From NCBI GenBank assembly GCA_045632485.1, contig JAZQWT010000155.1:7626-71625 (forward strand): DNA of 64,000 nucleotides, read 5' to 3'. The notes below the pieces were generated by a model. That model was not told the DNA's origin. It did not search any database and was given only the letters and a program-made list of their open reading frames with translations. Of this stretch, positions 43,823 through 52,792 are shown one piece after another (within the stretch, counting starts at the first letter, position 1; every line of letters starts with the position of its first letter). The DNA is from Acutalibacteraceae bacterium (GTDB lineage: Bacteria > Bacillota > Clostridia > Oscillospirales > Acutalibacteraceae). A program made the position numbers and the translations under genes.

Positions 43823-45439
43823 ATGGCAAGTATGATACGAACAATAGAAAGAAAAAAGAAATACAGGAAAACCGCTGTTGCTTACGGACGATTTTCTTCC
43901 AATAACCAAAGGGAAGAAAGTATTGACGCTCAAATGAGGGCAATCCGTGAGTATTGCGAAAGAGAAAACATTGAATTAATTGCAGAGTTTAAGGATGAAG
44001 CCATAAGCGGCAAGACTGATAATCGGGAAGATTTTCAGAAAATGGTTAGTCAATTGTTAAAAGGGCATTTGCAAGCGGATTTTGTTTTGGTTCATAAGTT
44101 TAACCGTTTTGCCCGTAACAAATATGATAGTGCCTTATATAAGAAGAAGTTAAAAGATGTTGGAATAAAGGTTATATCCGTAAGTCAAAAGATTGATGAT
44201 ACTCCTGAAGGTGAGTTATTAGAGGGCTTTCTTGAAACAATCGACCAATACTATTCCGCTAACCTTGCAGTAGAGGTCAGAAAAGGATTAAGAGAAAATG
44301 CCCTCAAAGGTAAACACGCAGGCGGTCAAGTTCTTTTCGGATATTCACTTGATGAAGAAGGATATTACAGACCGAATGAAAACGCAAGAATTGTTAAGAG
44401 GATATTTGAAGAATATGCCGCAGGTTATCCAAAAACCGAAATTTGCGAAAGACTTAACCAAGAGGGATACCGCAATCAACGGGGCAAGAAATTCAATACC
44501 CGTACTCTGTATGACTTGCTGAGAAATGAAAAGTATATCGGCAACTATATTTATACAATCGAGCAAACAGAAACAATCAGACTTGACGGTATAATCAAAA
44601 ATCCACCTATTGACCGTGAATTGTGGGACACTGTTCAAAAGTTATGTCACAAGTCAGCAATAAGAGGTAGGCAGAGAAAACAAAAGCGAATCTACTTCCT
44701 TACGGGCAAAGCATACTGTGAACATTGCGGTGCTCACATATCAGGTGCAGGTTCAAAGCGTTCCCGAAACGGTGCTTTGAATTATTATTACAAGTGTGTA
44801 GGCAAGGTGAAACACAAAAACGGTTGCACGAATCCAAGCATCAATAAAGATTGGTTTGAACCGAGAGTGTTAAAAACAGTTATCAATGCGGTAATGTCTG
44901 ATGATAAAATTAAACTCATTGCAAAACAGGCTTATGCAGAAGTTTTAGCAATGAGAGATACGCCCGTTGTAACTACTGCACAACTCAAAAAAGAATTGGC
45001 ACAAATCCTCACAAGGCAAGAGAGATTAACAGAGTTATATCTTGACGGGGAAATGAACAAGGCTATGCTTGATGAAAAGAACGGCGAACTGTCACGCCGC
45101 AAATATATTATCGAAGAAGAATTAGAAAAAAGAAAAAACATAGCCGAAGCCGATGATATAACGCAAGAGGATATTGAACAATTCATCACCGATTTTATGG
45201 AGGATATTAAAAACAACTATTCCCCTGCTGACGATGAATTTATGAGGATTATGTTTGCGACCTTTGTTGAGAAAGTTGTTATCGGCAAAGAAAAAATCAC
45301 CGTCCATATCCATACGCCTTTTAGCCGTATGGGTGACGGTGATAACGAGCGGTTTACGGGGGTAATCCAAAAGTTAGAACCCGTCAAAATAGAACGGTCT
45401 TTCCCCCGAAAAAAGCATATTCACGGAAAAAATATGTAA
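43823..45439 (+). CDS. Large serine recombinase (integrase)
   Basis: Resolvase catalytic N-terminus AVAYGRFSSNNQ...DAQ, a recombinase domain, and zinc ribbon CEHCG...YYYKC. ATG 43823 after a GGAG SD. Confidence 0.9.
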   Translation: MASMIRTIERKKKYRKTAVAYGRFSSNNQREESIDAQMRAIREYCERENIELIAEFKDEAISGKTDNREDFQKMVSQLLKGHLQADFVLVHKFNRFARNKYDSALYKKKLKDVGIKVISVSQKIDDTPEGELLEGFLETIDQYYSANLAVEVRKGLRENALKGKHAGGQVLFGYSLDEEGYYRPNENARIVKRIFEEYAAGYPKTEICERLNQEGYRNQRGKKFNTRTLYDLLRNEKYIGNYIYTIEQTETIRLDGIIKNPPIDRELWDTVQKLCHKSAIRGRQRKQKRIYFLTGKAYCEHCGAHISGAGSKRSRNGALNYYYKCVGKVKHKNGCTNPSINKDWFEPRVLKTVINAVMSDDKIKLIAKQAYAEVLAMRDTPVVTTAQLKKELAQILTRQERLTELYLDGEMNKAMLDEKNGELSRRKYIIEEELEKRKNIAEADDITQEDIEQFITDFMEDIKNNYSPADDEFMRIMFATFVEKVVIGKEKITVHIHTPFSRMGDGDNERFTGVIQKLEPVKIERSFPRKKHIHGKNM

Positions 45440-45471
45440 TTAGCATTATATCACGAAACAACACAATAAAT

Positions 45472-45494
45472 AAAGGCGGTTCTATACCGCCTTT
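45472..45494. other. Perfect 9-bp inverted repeat just 3' of the integrase (terminator or attP candidate)
   Basis: AAAGGCGGT-TCTAT-ACCGCCTTT. No T-run on the plus side. Confidence 0.3.
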
Positions 45495-45507
45495 AAGGGG
45501 TGGTTAT

Positions 45508-45789
45508 ATGAACGCTGTAATTTATGTCTGCGATAACTCTGAAACAAGCATATATCAAAAATACAACGAATGTGCAAGATTTGCAAAACACTATGGTTAT
45601 TCTATCTATTCCAAAGTGCTTGACTTCTCAAATAATGAGTTTCATAAGGCTGTCGATAAAGTCACTTTTAATGATGATGTTTCTTGCCTTATCGTTTATG
45701 ATAAAAAAAGCATAGGTGATTATGAAACATCTTTATTCTATCAAATCTATTTTGATAAATTCGGCAAAAAACTAATATCTGTCTATTAA
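45508..45789 (+). CDS. Resolvase-catalytic-domain-like mini-protein lacking the Ser nucleophile
   Basis: AVIYVCDNSE...FAKHYGYSI...VSCLIVYDKKSIGD...FGKKLISV follows the resolvase N-domain layout, but the S-S/T nucleophile position reads C-D. Confidence 0.45.
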   Translation: MNAVIYVCDNSETSIYQKYNECARFAKHYGYSIYSKVLDFSNNEFHKAVDKVTFNDDVSCLIVYDKKSIGDYETSLFYQIYFDKFGKKLISVY

Positions 45790-45801
45790 TAGGAGGACAC
45801 T

Positions 45802-46038
45802 ATGAAAAGCGAAAAAGAGTTGTTTGACCTTGCAAGGCTTATGTTTCACATTAATCTTGATTTAAGCAAAGAAACTATAAATTCATTTGAAAGAGGAGAA
45901 TTAAAGGAAAAAGCAAGCGAAATAAGAAACACTGTTTTGAAGAAAGGCTATGATGTTGATAAGTTTATGAATTATCAACAGATGTACAAAGAAATGTCTA
46001 TGCACGAATACTTTGAATTTATAAAAACACTTGAATAG
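45802..46038 (+). CDS. Hypothetical helical protein
   Basis: 78-aa ORF with a TAGGAGG SD. Confidence 0.5.
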   Translation: MKSEKELFDLARLMFHINLDLSKETINSFERGELKEKASEIRNTVLKKGYDVDKFMNYQQMYKEMSMHEYFEFIKTLE

Positions 46039-46049
46039 GAGAGAATAGT

Positions 46050-46343
46050 ATGAAAAAGGCTATAATTTATGTACGGGGTCATAACAAGGAAAAGCAAGAG
46101 GTGTTTTGTAAACTATATGCCGCAGAACAAGGTTATAAGGTTTTGTTCACAACAGATGATATTCAAGCGGTGCGTAATTGTGAAGTCCTTTTAATTTCTA
46201 ACTCTTCAAGAATCTCAAGAGATAAATTTAAGTATTATGAGATTGTAAATGATTTGAAATCAAAAGGCATTAAGGTTGAGAGTGTTGCACATCAAGAAAA
46301 TTCTGCTGAATATCTCTTTTTTACACGGGAGTTGCTGAGATAA
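46050..46343 (+). CDS. Resolvase-catalytic-domain-like mini-protein lacking the Ser nucleophile
   Basis: AIIYVRGHNKEKQ...LYAAEQGYKV...VLLISNSSRISRD...DLKSKGIKVESV parallels Y.R.SS..Q / vlV..ldRlsR / gi.v.s. Reads R-G-H-N where R-x-S-T is expected. Confidence 0.5.
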   Translation: MKKAIIYVRGHNKEKQEVFCKLYAAEQGYKVLFTTDDIQAVRNCEVLLISNSSRISRDKFKYYEIVNDLKSKGIKVESVAHQENSAEYLFFTRELLR

Positions 46344-46348
46344 AAAAG

Positions 46349-46377
46349 TGAGGGGCTGTTATAGCCCCTCTTTTTTG
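46349..46377. terminator. Bidirectional terminator
   Basis: GAGGGGCT-GTTA-TAGCCCCTC flanked by AAAAAA and TTTTTT, between convergent units. Confidence 0.65.
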
Positions 46378-46379
46378 TT

Positions 46380-46622
46380 TTATTCTTCCCTTACCACAAT
46401 ACAAACAATTTTTTCGTGATAAAGAGTCTTGTATATAAGATATGAGCAATAACCGTCTATCAGGTTATAATCCTTATCAATATATACAGGCGATAATTCA
46501 CCTTTGTTTATGTAGTCTGCAGTCTTGAGGATTAATTTTTCAGGCTTAGGCGTACATTCAAGAAAGTCGGCAGGGATTTTGATTTTTTCAATATCTACTC
46601 TTTTGTGCTTTGCTCTTAACAT
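46380..46622 (-). CDS. Mini ParB/Srx-fold-like protein (last gene of the NAD operon)
   Basis: 80 aa. IKIPADF...GELSPVYIDKDYNLIDGYCSYLIYK resembles the ParB N-domain core. Weak call. Confidence 0.3.
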   Translation of the reverse strand: MLRAKHKRVDIEKIKIPADFLECTPKPEKLILKTADYINKGELSPVYIDKDYNLIDGYCSYLIYKTLYHEKIVCIVVREE

Positions 46623-46637
46623 TACTTACCCCCTCCT

Positions 46638-47396
46638 TCACTTGTTGCTGTATGGAAATACGGGCATAGGCTGAAGTTTGAAGAGATTTTTTGTGTGCAT
46701 ATCATCAATCTTTGCTTTAATGTCCTTATTCTTGCAAAAACCTGTCCTTATGTATTTGTTCAGCACTTCATAGGTGAAGCCGAAGTTATCTTCATCTGTT
46801 ACCCCACAAAGACCGTCTGAGGGTGTTTTATACACCAATTTATCAGGCAAGCCACATTCAACACCTATTGCTATTACTTCATCACTTGTCAGCATTGCCA
46901 AAGGACTGAAATCACCTGCACTGTCACCGTATCTTGTAGAATATCCGATATAATCTTCAGATAAGTTGCAGGTATTCGCCACTCTACCATTGTAAGACTG
47001 AGATACAGCATAGAGTGTAGTCATTCGCACTCTTGCAGGAAGATTGATTGAAGATTGTTTGCTCCAATTTCCCTGTAAGTTATATCTTACTGCGTGTTTG
47101 ATTCTGCGAACAACAGGGTGAATGTCAATGCAGATACTTTCTATTTCTAAATGCTTAACCAACATTTCTGAATACTCAATATCGCTTTGTTCGCCGTTAG
47201 GCATAAGCACTCCAAGCACCCTATCTTTCCCAAGTGCTTCAACACAAAGAGCCGCCACAACAGAACTGTCTTTGCCACCTGATATGCCGATAACTGCATT
47301 GCAATCCTTGCCGTTTTCAGCGAACCAATCACGCACCCACTGTACACAATCATTCTTGACTTTTTTTGCATTGAAATTCTCAATCATAAGAAGCAC
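46638..47396 (-). CDS. nadE: NH3-dependent NAD+ synthetase
   Basis: PP-loop GISGGKDSSVVAAL and YSTRYGDSAGDFSPLAMLTSDEV, matching the NadE signature. Overlaps the upstream gene by 13 nt. Confidence 0.85.
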   Translation of the reverse strand: MLLMIENFNAKKVKNDCVQWVRDWFAENGKDCNAVIGISGGKDSSVVAALCVEALGKDRVLGVLMPNGEQSDIEYSEMLVKHLEIESICIDIHPVVRRIKHAVRYNLQGNWSKQSSINLPARVRMTTLYAVSQSYNGRVANTCNLSEDYIGYSTRYGDSAGDFSPLAMLTSDEVIAIGVECGLPDKLVYKTPSDGLCGVTDEDNFGFTYEVLNKYIRTGFCKNKDIKAKIDDMHTKNLFKLQPMPVFPYSNK

Positions 47397-48859
47397 CCCC
47401 TATGCAGATTATCTCTTATCTCAGCAAGAGAATATTCCTTTACCATTTTGCCGTCTTTGAAAACTGTTTTAAGCATATTTGCTCTGCTTGCTTCTTCCCA
47501 AGTCAAGCCGTCTGCAAAGTATATTTCGTCATTCATTTCCCAAACAACGCAACAGCCTTTCTGAGATTTCTTAAAACCGCCGTCTTTGGGATTTTTGAAT
47601 ATCGGATAAGGCTTTCCGTCAATCTCACAGTATGTTGCCTTTATGCAAGAACTGAATGTATCTCTTGTGAACGGTTTAAGTTCGCCGTTTTCCTCTATGC
47701 ACTGCATTGAGAATGAACCAACACCAAGAGCAACATTTGAGCAAGCAAAACCGTTTTTTGCAAGGATTTTGTAAATCTGTTCGCATCTTTGTACGGTTAT
47801 ACTATCGCCGTATATTGCCTTAATATGAGGGTCAAGAACCTTGTAACCCTTTGAGTTAATTGTACCGCCGAATATATCCCATAATTTGAATACAGTTTTT
47901 GTTACAACCTCGACACAATCACCGCTGTCACCTCTGACTAACATACAGCCGTTATGCCTTAAAATGTCCTCTTTAATTGTAGGTAATATGTTATCAATTA
48001 CATTCCAATAATCGTAACTATCCAATACAGCGGAAAAAGAAGTATCAGGGTATATCTCATTGAGTAACCTTTTGAGCAAAGTAACCTCGTCACCGTCTAT
48101 TGCATAATTACTGCACATTACAGAATGTTCCGTACTCGGACTGCCAAAAGCAACAGGTTCTTTTGAACAATCGCAATTGTACATTTTTTCAAGATAAGGA
48201 ATTGTCGGTACTGTTGCGGTGTTAAGGAAAGATAAGCACCACGCCGCACCTGCCTTTATTTCTGAAGCCGTACATTCCTCGCCCCTGAAGTCAAATGCTC
48301 CTAATGCTCTCGCTCTCGGTATATCATTATCACAGGTCAAGTAATAATATTTGTTTACAATCTGACGGTAAGTGTAGCCGACAGTAGCAACAATCATTGA
48401 GTGCCAACTTTCCGCTGAAATAAGACTTTCAAGTGACTGCGGCAACCAAGCAAAGTCAGGGTGAGTATTGGTTATGCCGAACATCGGAATGTGCATAGGA
48501 ACTCTTGTACCTTCGGGCAATGAAACAATCTCAATCGGAAGATAACCTAACTTGTGAAGTTTTTCGATTTTTTCAATCTTATACGCATTTTCACCAAGAG
48601 TATTATCCATAACTCTTTTATACTCTGCAATCACTTCATCAAAAGGTTTTTCAAAAAACTCTTTGTTGAAATAATCAATCAAGTAAGTTTTGATAAATCC
48701 CTGCAAGCCGAACATAACAACTTTATCCCACCGTTCAACTCTGCTCATTCTCGGTGTAAAGTATGATACTGATTTTGTTATCCCTTTGGGTAACATTTCA
48801 GCGTGAACGGCTTTGTAGTAATCTATCAGCAACATCGGATTAACACTCAGCATAATCAA
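47384..48859 (-). CDS. NAMPT-family phosphoribosyltransferase (NadV or Namat-type)
   Basis: 491 aa. N-terminal NPMLLIDYYKAVH and the overall NAMPT layout (FDFRG, GDS..V). Overlaps the Prs-like gene by 20 nt. Confidence 0.8.
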   Translation of the reverse strand: MIMLSVNPMLLIDYYKAVHAEMLPKGITKSVSYFTPRMSRVERWDKVVMFGLQGFIKTYLIDYFNKEFFEKPFDEVIAEYKRVMDNTLGENAYKIEKIEKLHKLGYLPIEIVSLPEGTRVPMHIPMFGITNTHPDFAWLPQSLESLISAESWHSMIVATVGYTYRQIVNKYYYLTCDNDIPRARALGAFDFRGEECTASEIKAGAAWCLSFLNTATVPTIPYLEKMYNCDCSKEPVAFGSPSTEHSVMCSNYAIDGDEVTLLKRLLNEIYPDTSFSAVLDSYDYWNVIDNILPTIKEDILRHNGCMLVRGDSGDCVEVVTKTVFKLWDIFGGTINSKGYKVLDPHIKAIYGDSITVQRCEQIYKILAKNGFACSNVALGVGSFSMQCIEENGELKPFTRDTFSSCIKATYCEIDGKPYPIFKNPKDGGFKKSQKGCCVVWEMNDEIYFADGLTWEEASRANMLKTVFKDGKMVKEYSLAEIRDNLHRGCFL

Positions 48860-49655
48860 TCACCTCTATCTTTTCGTGCTCTTTGGTAAAGATACTATTT
48901 GTTGTGTAAACTCTTTCGATTAACCCACTTTTCAGCAATTCGCCGTCAAGTATAGTGTTCTCGCAATGAGTTACACACAAATATATCTTATTTGCTCCCA
49001 TTTCCTTTAACTTTTTGGCACTGTGATAGAATGTGCCACCCTTACTGCATATATCATCAACAATAAGAATATCTCTACCTGCAATACGGTGTTTCTCTCC
49101 TGAAACATCAAGCCCTTTTATTGCTCCTGTTTCCCAATCACGGTTTTTGATACCAAAAGCAAAAGGAATTGCAAACATATTGGAATATCGTTTCATTGCA
49201 CCCTCGTCAGGGAAGAAAAGTATCATATCCGATTCTTTTCTTATGCTTCTCACCGCTTTTTCAATTAACCTTACAGGTCTTTTTACTGTGATATTATTGA
49301 TAAGTGCTTCGCTTACAGCGGAATGAGGGTCTAATACAACAACGGAGTTAAAATTGAGGGAATTGATAATTTCTGCAAAATATTTGAGGGTAAATACATC
49401 TTCGCAACTCTTTACTCTGTCCTGTCTTGCATTTGGAATGTAGGGCATTTCAAGATAAATTGTTTTAATGCCTACTGACTGCAGGTGTTTTGTGAGAAAG
49501 ATTAATGTTACAAGTTCTTCGTTGTTTTCAAACAGCCAAGTTATAGTTGGAACTGTATAATCACAATCTAAAACGAACTGTATGTGTTTCTTCAGTAAAA
49601 GTGTTCCGTCAGGGAATTTTTCAACTTCCACAACTTCATTATTAATCTTAATCAT
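48840..49655 (-). CDS. Ribose-phosphate pyrophosphokinase-family protein (Prs or Adps-type)
   Basis: FPDGT, MPYIPNARQDR, LDPHS, PDEGA.KR and ILIVDDICSKGGT motifs of the Prs family. Confidence 0.75.
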   Translation of the reverse strand: MIKINNEVVEVEKFPDGTLLLKKHIQFVLDCDYTVPTITWLFENNEELVTLIFLTKHLQSVGIKTIYLEMPYIPNARQDRVKSCEDVFTLKYFAEIINSLNFNSVVVLDPHSAVSEALINNITVKRPVRLIEKAVRSIRKESDMILFFPDEGAMKRYSNMFAIPFAFGIKNRDWETGAIKGLDVSGEKHRIAGRDILIVDDICSKGGTFYHSAKKLKEMGANKIYLCVTHCENTILDGELLKSGLIERVYTTNSIFTKEHEKIEVIDYAEC

Positions 49656-49658
49656 ACC

Positions 49659-50192
49659 TTACTCCCCTATTACATTAATCTGACACATTTTCATCGTTGT
49701 AAGTGCCGCTTTATGGCTTTCAGGGGTAACGCCTGCACAACAACTTGCATCAACGGTTATTTCGATTTCAGGGTACAAGGTTTTAATGATAAGGGCATTT
49801 GTTACAACACATATGTCGGTGCAAAGTCCAACTATCTCAACATCTTCCAACTTTCTATTTGTAATAGTTTCCTCAAAAGGCTTTAAGTACCAACCAACAA
49901 AGCCAAATGACGGTTTATCAATATGCTCTGCTATCATATCATCTAAGCCCTGATATATTTGCCAACCGTGAGTTCCTTTAATACAATGCTCAACAGGAAG
50001 ATGTTTACCTTCGTTTGTTTCAAGGTAATTTTTGTAGTGTGTATCTCTTGTGAAGATAATTTCGTCACCTCTTGCCTTGTATTCCTCAATCTTCTTTTTT
50101 ACATTCGGCACAATAGCCTGTGCTTCTTTTGTGCCAAGAGAACCGTCAATAAAGTCATTCTGCATATCAATGACAATTAAAGTCTTTTTCAT
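49659..50192 (-). CDS. pncA: Nicotinamidase (isochorismatase family)
   Basis: VIDMQNDF, metal ligands DTH...H, and catalytic Cys in GLCTDICV. Confidence 0.75.
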   Translation of the reverse strand: MKKTLIVIDMQNDFIDGSLGTKEAQAIVPNVKKKIEEYKARGDEIIFTRDTHYKNYLETNEGKHLPVEHCIKGTHGWQIYQGLDDMIAEHIDKPSFGFVGWYLKPFEETITNRKLEDVEIVGLCTDICVVTNALIIKTLYPEIEITVDASCCAGVTPESHKAALTTMKMCQINVIGE

Positions 50193-50215
50193 ATTCTTTT
50201 ACCTCTTTTAATTCA

Positions 50216-50608
50216 TTATTCCAATGTAGGAAGTTGATAATCAATATCGCTCGGCACATTGTTTTCCCATACATAACTATTTTTAAGTATGTATTCATTA
50301 TAGGAAACCGCCGTTTTGTTCGCTCTCATTTTTGCCTGTTCAGCCCAAGACTGCTTTTCTTCACTCTCGCTGTCCTTGTACTGTTCATAAGTGAGTTTAT
50401 CTGAATTGTAACTTGCTATCATAGCACGGCAGGTATCTTCAACTTTCTTTCTTGTTTCATAGTTTGTATCATCGTCTGCTTTCTGTACTGCGTGAAACCA
50501 ATTGTTCCACATTGCTTTACCTGTCGGTGTTGCCCCGAAAAATACAGGGCAACCGACACAGAGAAATAAAACAAGTATGCAAAGGCAAACTGCTCCAAAT
50601 GCTTTCAT
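50216..50608 (-). CDS. Putative lipoprotein
   Basis: Signal peptide with lipobox-like LFLCVGC. 130 aa. Confidence 0.5.
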   Translation of the reverse strand: MKAFGAVCLCILVLFLCVGCPVFFGATPTGKAMWNNWFHAVQKADDDTNYETRKKVEDTCRAMIASYNSDKLTYEQYKDSESEEKQSWAEQAKMRANKTAVSYNEYILKNSYVWENNVPSDIDYQLPTLE

Positions 50609-50610
50609 AG

Positions 50611-51207
50611 TTATTCTCCTTTCACTGTAATAATCGGGTTATCAATTTCAAAGGGAATATCTGAATAGAGATATATGCCCGTCCACTCTATGTATTTGCC
50701 GTCAGGTGTAAAGAAGAATATACCGTTGTCATTTTCACCGTAAGAACCGTCAACATCGGCAAGCCATTTATTTGAATATCTATCAGCGGCAGATGAAGAG
50801 TACATACCTGATGTATAGGCATTGTCCTTCTCATAATACTCACTATCGGGGGTAAGAAATGAATTAAGGCTTGAAACTTTGCCGTCCACAACAAAACAAC
50901 CAACAGTAGCACCACCTTCAGTGAATAAGGCAATATACCCAAGAGGTTTTTCAATTTCACAAGGAAGTGTATTTGCCTTTTCTCTCTGTCCGTTCACCCA
51001 ATACGCACGGCGTATTAAGTTATATCGTTCAAGTGAATAATCTATATCGGTTGGTGTAGGCTGATTCGCCTGTAATTCGTTTGCGATTTCCAATGTCTGC
51101 TGTTTGTCAACAGTTGAGCCGCCTGCTTCGTACTCTGTACAGCCCATAAATAACATTCCGATTACAAGAATAGATAAAATGATTGCAACAATCTTTTTCA
51201 TTTTCAA
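50611..51207 (-). CDS. Putative lipoprotein
   Basis: Signal peptide MKMKKIVAIILSILVIGMLFMGC (lipobox). 198 aa. Confidence 0.6.
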   Translation of the reverse strand: MKMKKIVAIILSILVIGMLFMGCTEYEAGGSTVDKQQTLEIANELQANQPTPTDIDYSLERYNLIRRAYWVNGQREKANTLPCEIEKPLGYIALFTEGGATVGCFVVDGKVSSLNSFLTPDSEYYEKDNAYTSGMYSSSAADRYSNKWLADVDGSYGENDNGIFFFTPDGKYIEWTGIYLYSDIPFEIDNPIITVKGE

Positions 51208-51223
51208 AACTCCTTTTTTGTGT

Positions 51224-52648
51224 TTATTTGATTGTATATTGCTCTATTGTTTTGATAAGGTTTCCTTCGCCCTGTTCTGCAAGTCTGATAAATTCCAATG
51301 TCCGTTCACTCCAACCTGCAATGATGTTTGTTTTTCTGCCGCAGAACTGCTGTGTGCCATATCCCTGTAAATCAATAGCGTGTACCCAAATATCATTGCC
51401 GATTTCATTACGGTATTTGTCTGCCACACTCTGAACTGTATAACTTCTTCTGTTGCACTCATTATCAGAGAGTATAATGATTCTGTCTGCTTTGATTTTG
51501 TCTTTAATCATCTTGTCAAAAGGTGAAGCCATATCTGTACCGCCGTAACAACTGAAATTCAGGGCGGTTTCAAGTATTCCGCTTCTGTGAGATACTGCAT
51601 ATTTTTTTGCAATGCTATTGAAAACAAAGAAATGACTATCTTCACAAATCTTATTTGCGATAAGTCCAAGCAGAGCGGCTATTTCATAACATCTTATTTC
51701 CGACTTTGCACTTATAGGGTCACTCATTGAACCTGACACATCAACTGCAATAACGGTTGTACCGCTTAATTTAGGAATGTTTTCACAAGAAATTTCAACA
51801 GCATTTTCAAGAACATCAAATACACGACTACCGCCTATGTTTCTGAGTTCCTTGTATGCTGAGAGATAACGGAAAGGTAACTGTTTTGATTTCTTTACTC
51901 TTTCGGGGTTTTGGATAGTATCAAGTACCTTGTTTACATTTGAGGGGTTTGCAATGAGGATATTACGCAGATTTCTGAGAAGTGCCATATAACCAACTTT
52001 GCCGCTATCAATGAGTTTTTCCCAAGTTTCCTTGTTGTTGCCGTTAGCGGAAAGTTCAGTTTCCCAAGTGAGAGGTGTTTCGAGTTCATCTTCAAGTAAC
52101 CTCTTCCACATATCGGACTGAGCCTTGTTTTTGGGTGTAGGTCTGCAAAGACACAGCAAATCACGCATTTTTACGGCATTTCCGTTGCCTTTGTACTTTG
52201 CAAGGGTATATTCGTCAAATCCCTGCATTGCATCAGAAATGCCCTTTTTTAATGAATTGGGAATAGGTTTGCCGAACAGGTTAAGATAACAAGCCATTAT
52301 CTCGGTAACATCATCACCTCTGAGGGTGACGGCATTTACCGTTTTCCTTGTGTAAGGCTTGCCCCCTGCTTCGTGTGCTAAGTAGGCGGTGAGAATATGT
52401 GCCACAGAACGCATATTAAATTCACGCCTTGCAAACACCGCAAGTTTTGCAATAAATTCAGGGTCAGTTGCAATAACTCTTTTGATAGTTTCCTGCATAT
52501 CCGCTGAATTGTCCCCGTAGAATTTCCTCTCATTAAAGAAAGAACAAAGGACTTGCGTAATGAGTTTTTCCTTATCGCCCATTTTGTAGGCGATATGACC
52601 GCTTTTGTTTACTGTCTTGTTTGTGGCGGTCTGATTGAACTTTGCCAT
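51224..52648 (-). CDS. rsr: Ro60-related protein (TROVE domain + vWA with MIDAS)
   Basis: TROVE-like N-terminus (...FYGDN...DPEFIAKLAVFARREFNMRSVAHIL...), vWA DVSGSMSDP. 474 aa. Y-RNA-like array 35 nt upstream. Confidence 0.8.
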   Translation of the reverse strand: MAKFNQTATNKTVNKSGHIAYKMGDKEKLITQVLCSFFNERKFYGDNSADMQETIKRVIATDPEFIAKLAVFARREFNMRSVAHILTAYLAHEAGGKPYTRKTVNAVTLRGDDVTEIMACYLNLFGKPIPNSLKKGISDAMQGFDEYTLAKYKGNGNAVKMRDLLCLCRPTPKNKAQSDMWKRLLEDELETPLTWETELSANGNNKETWEKLIDSGKVGYMALLRNLRNILIANPSNVNKVLDTIQNPERVKKSKQLPFRYLSAYKELRNIGGSRVFDVLENAVEISCENIPKLSGTTVIAVDVSGSMSDPISAKSEIRCYEIAALLGLIANKICEDSHFFVFNSIAKKYAVSHRSGILETALNFSCYGGTDMASPFDKMIKDKIKADRIIILSDNECNRRSYTVQSVADKYRNEIGNDIWVHAIDLQGYGTQQFCGRKTNIIAGWSERTLEFIRLAEQGEGNLIKTIEQYTIK

Positions 52649-52682
52649 TTTTTTGTTTTTCTCCTTTTCTGTAAAATAAAAT

Positions 52683-52782
52683 AAGCAAGCGTGATAAATT
52701 CATAATCGGTGTTGCGATTCAAGGGATTTGAGTTATGAAGTCAAAATTTGAAGTAACCGACTATTGCAATACACGCTTGCTT
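52683..52782 (-). ncRNA. Y-RNA-like unit Y1 (short effector module)
   Basis: Outer helix AAGCAAGCGUG/CACGCUUGCUU. Internal loop UAUUGCA / GAAUUUAU. Inner helix AUAGUCGGU/ACCGAUUAU. Confidence 0.65.
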
Positions 52783-52792
52783 TGGTATAAAA

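Noticed and set aside
46638-50192. Reading the NAD and PRPP genes as host chromosomal flank marking a prophage end.
   Set aside because: They have the same strand and coupling style as surrounding phage genes. They overlap one another and are bracketed by phage genes on both sides (integrase module on one side, lipoproteins/Ro/RtcB/YopX on the other).
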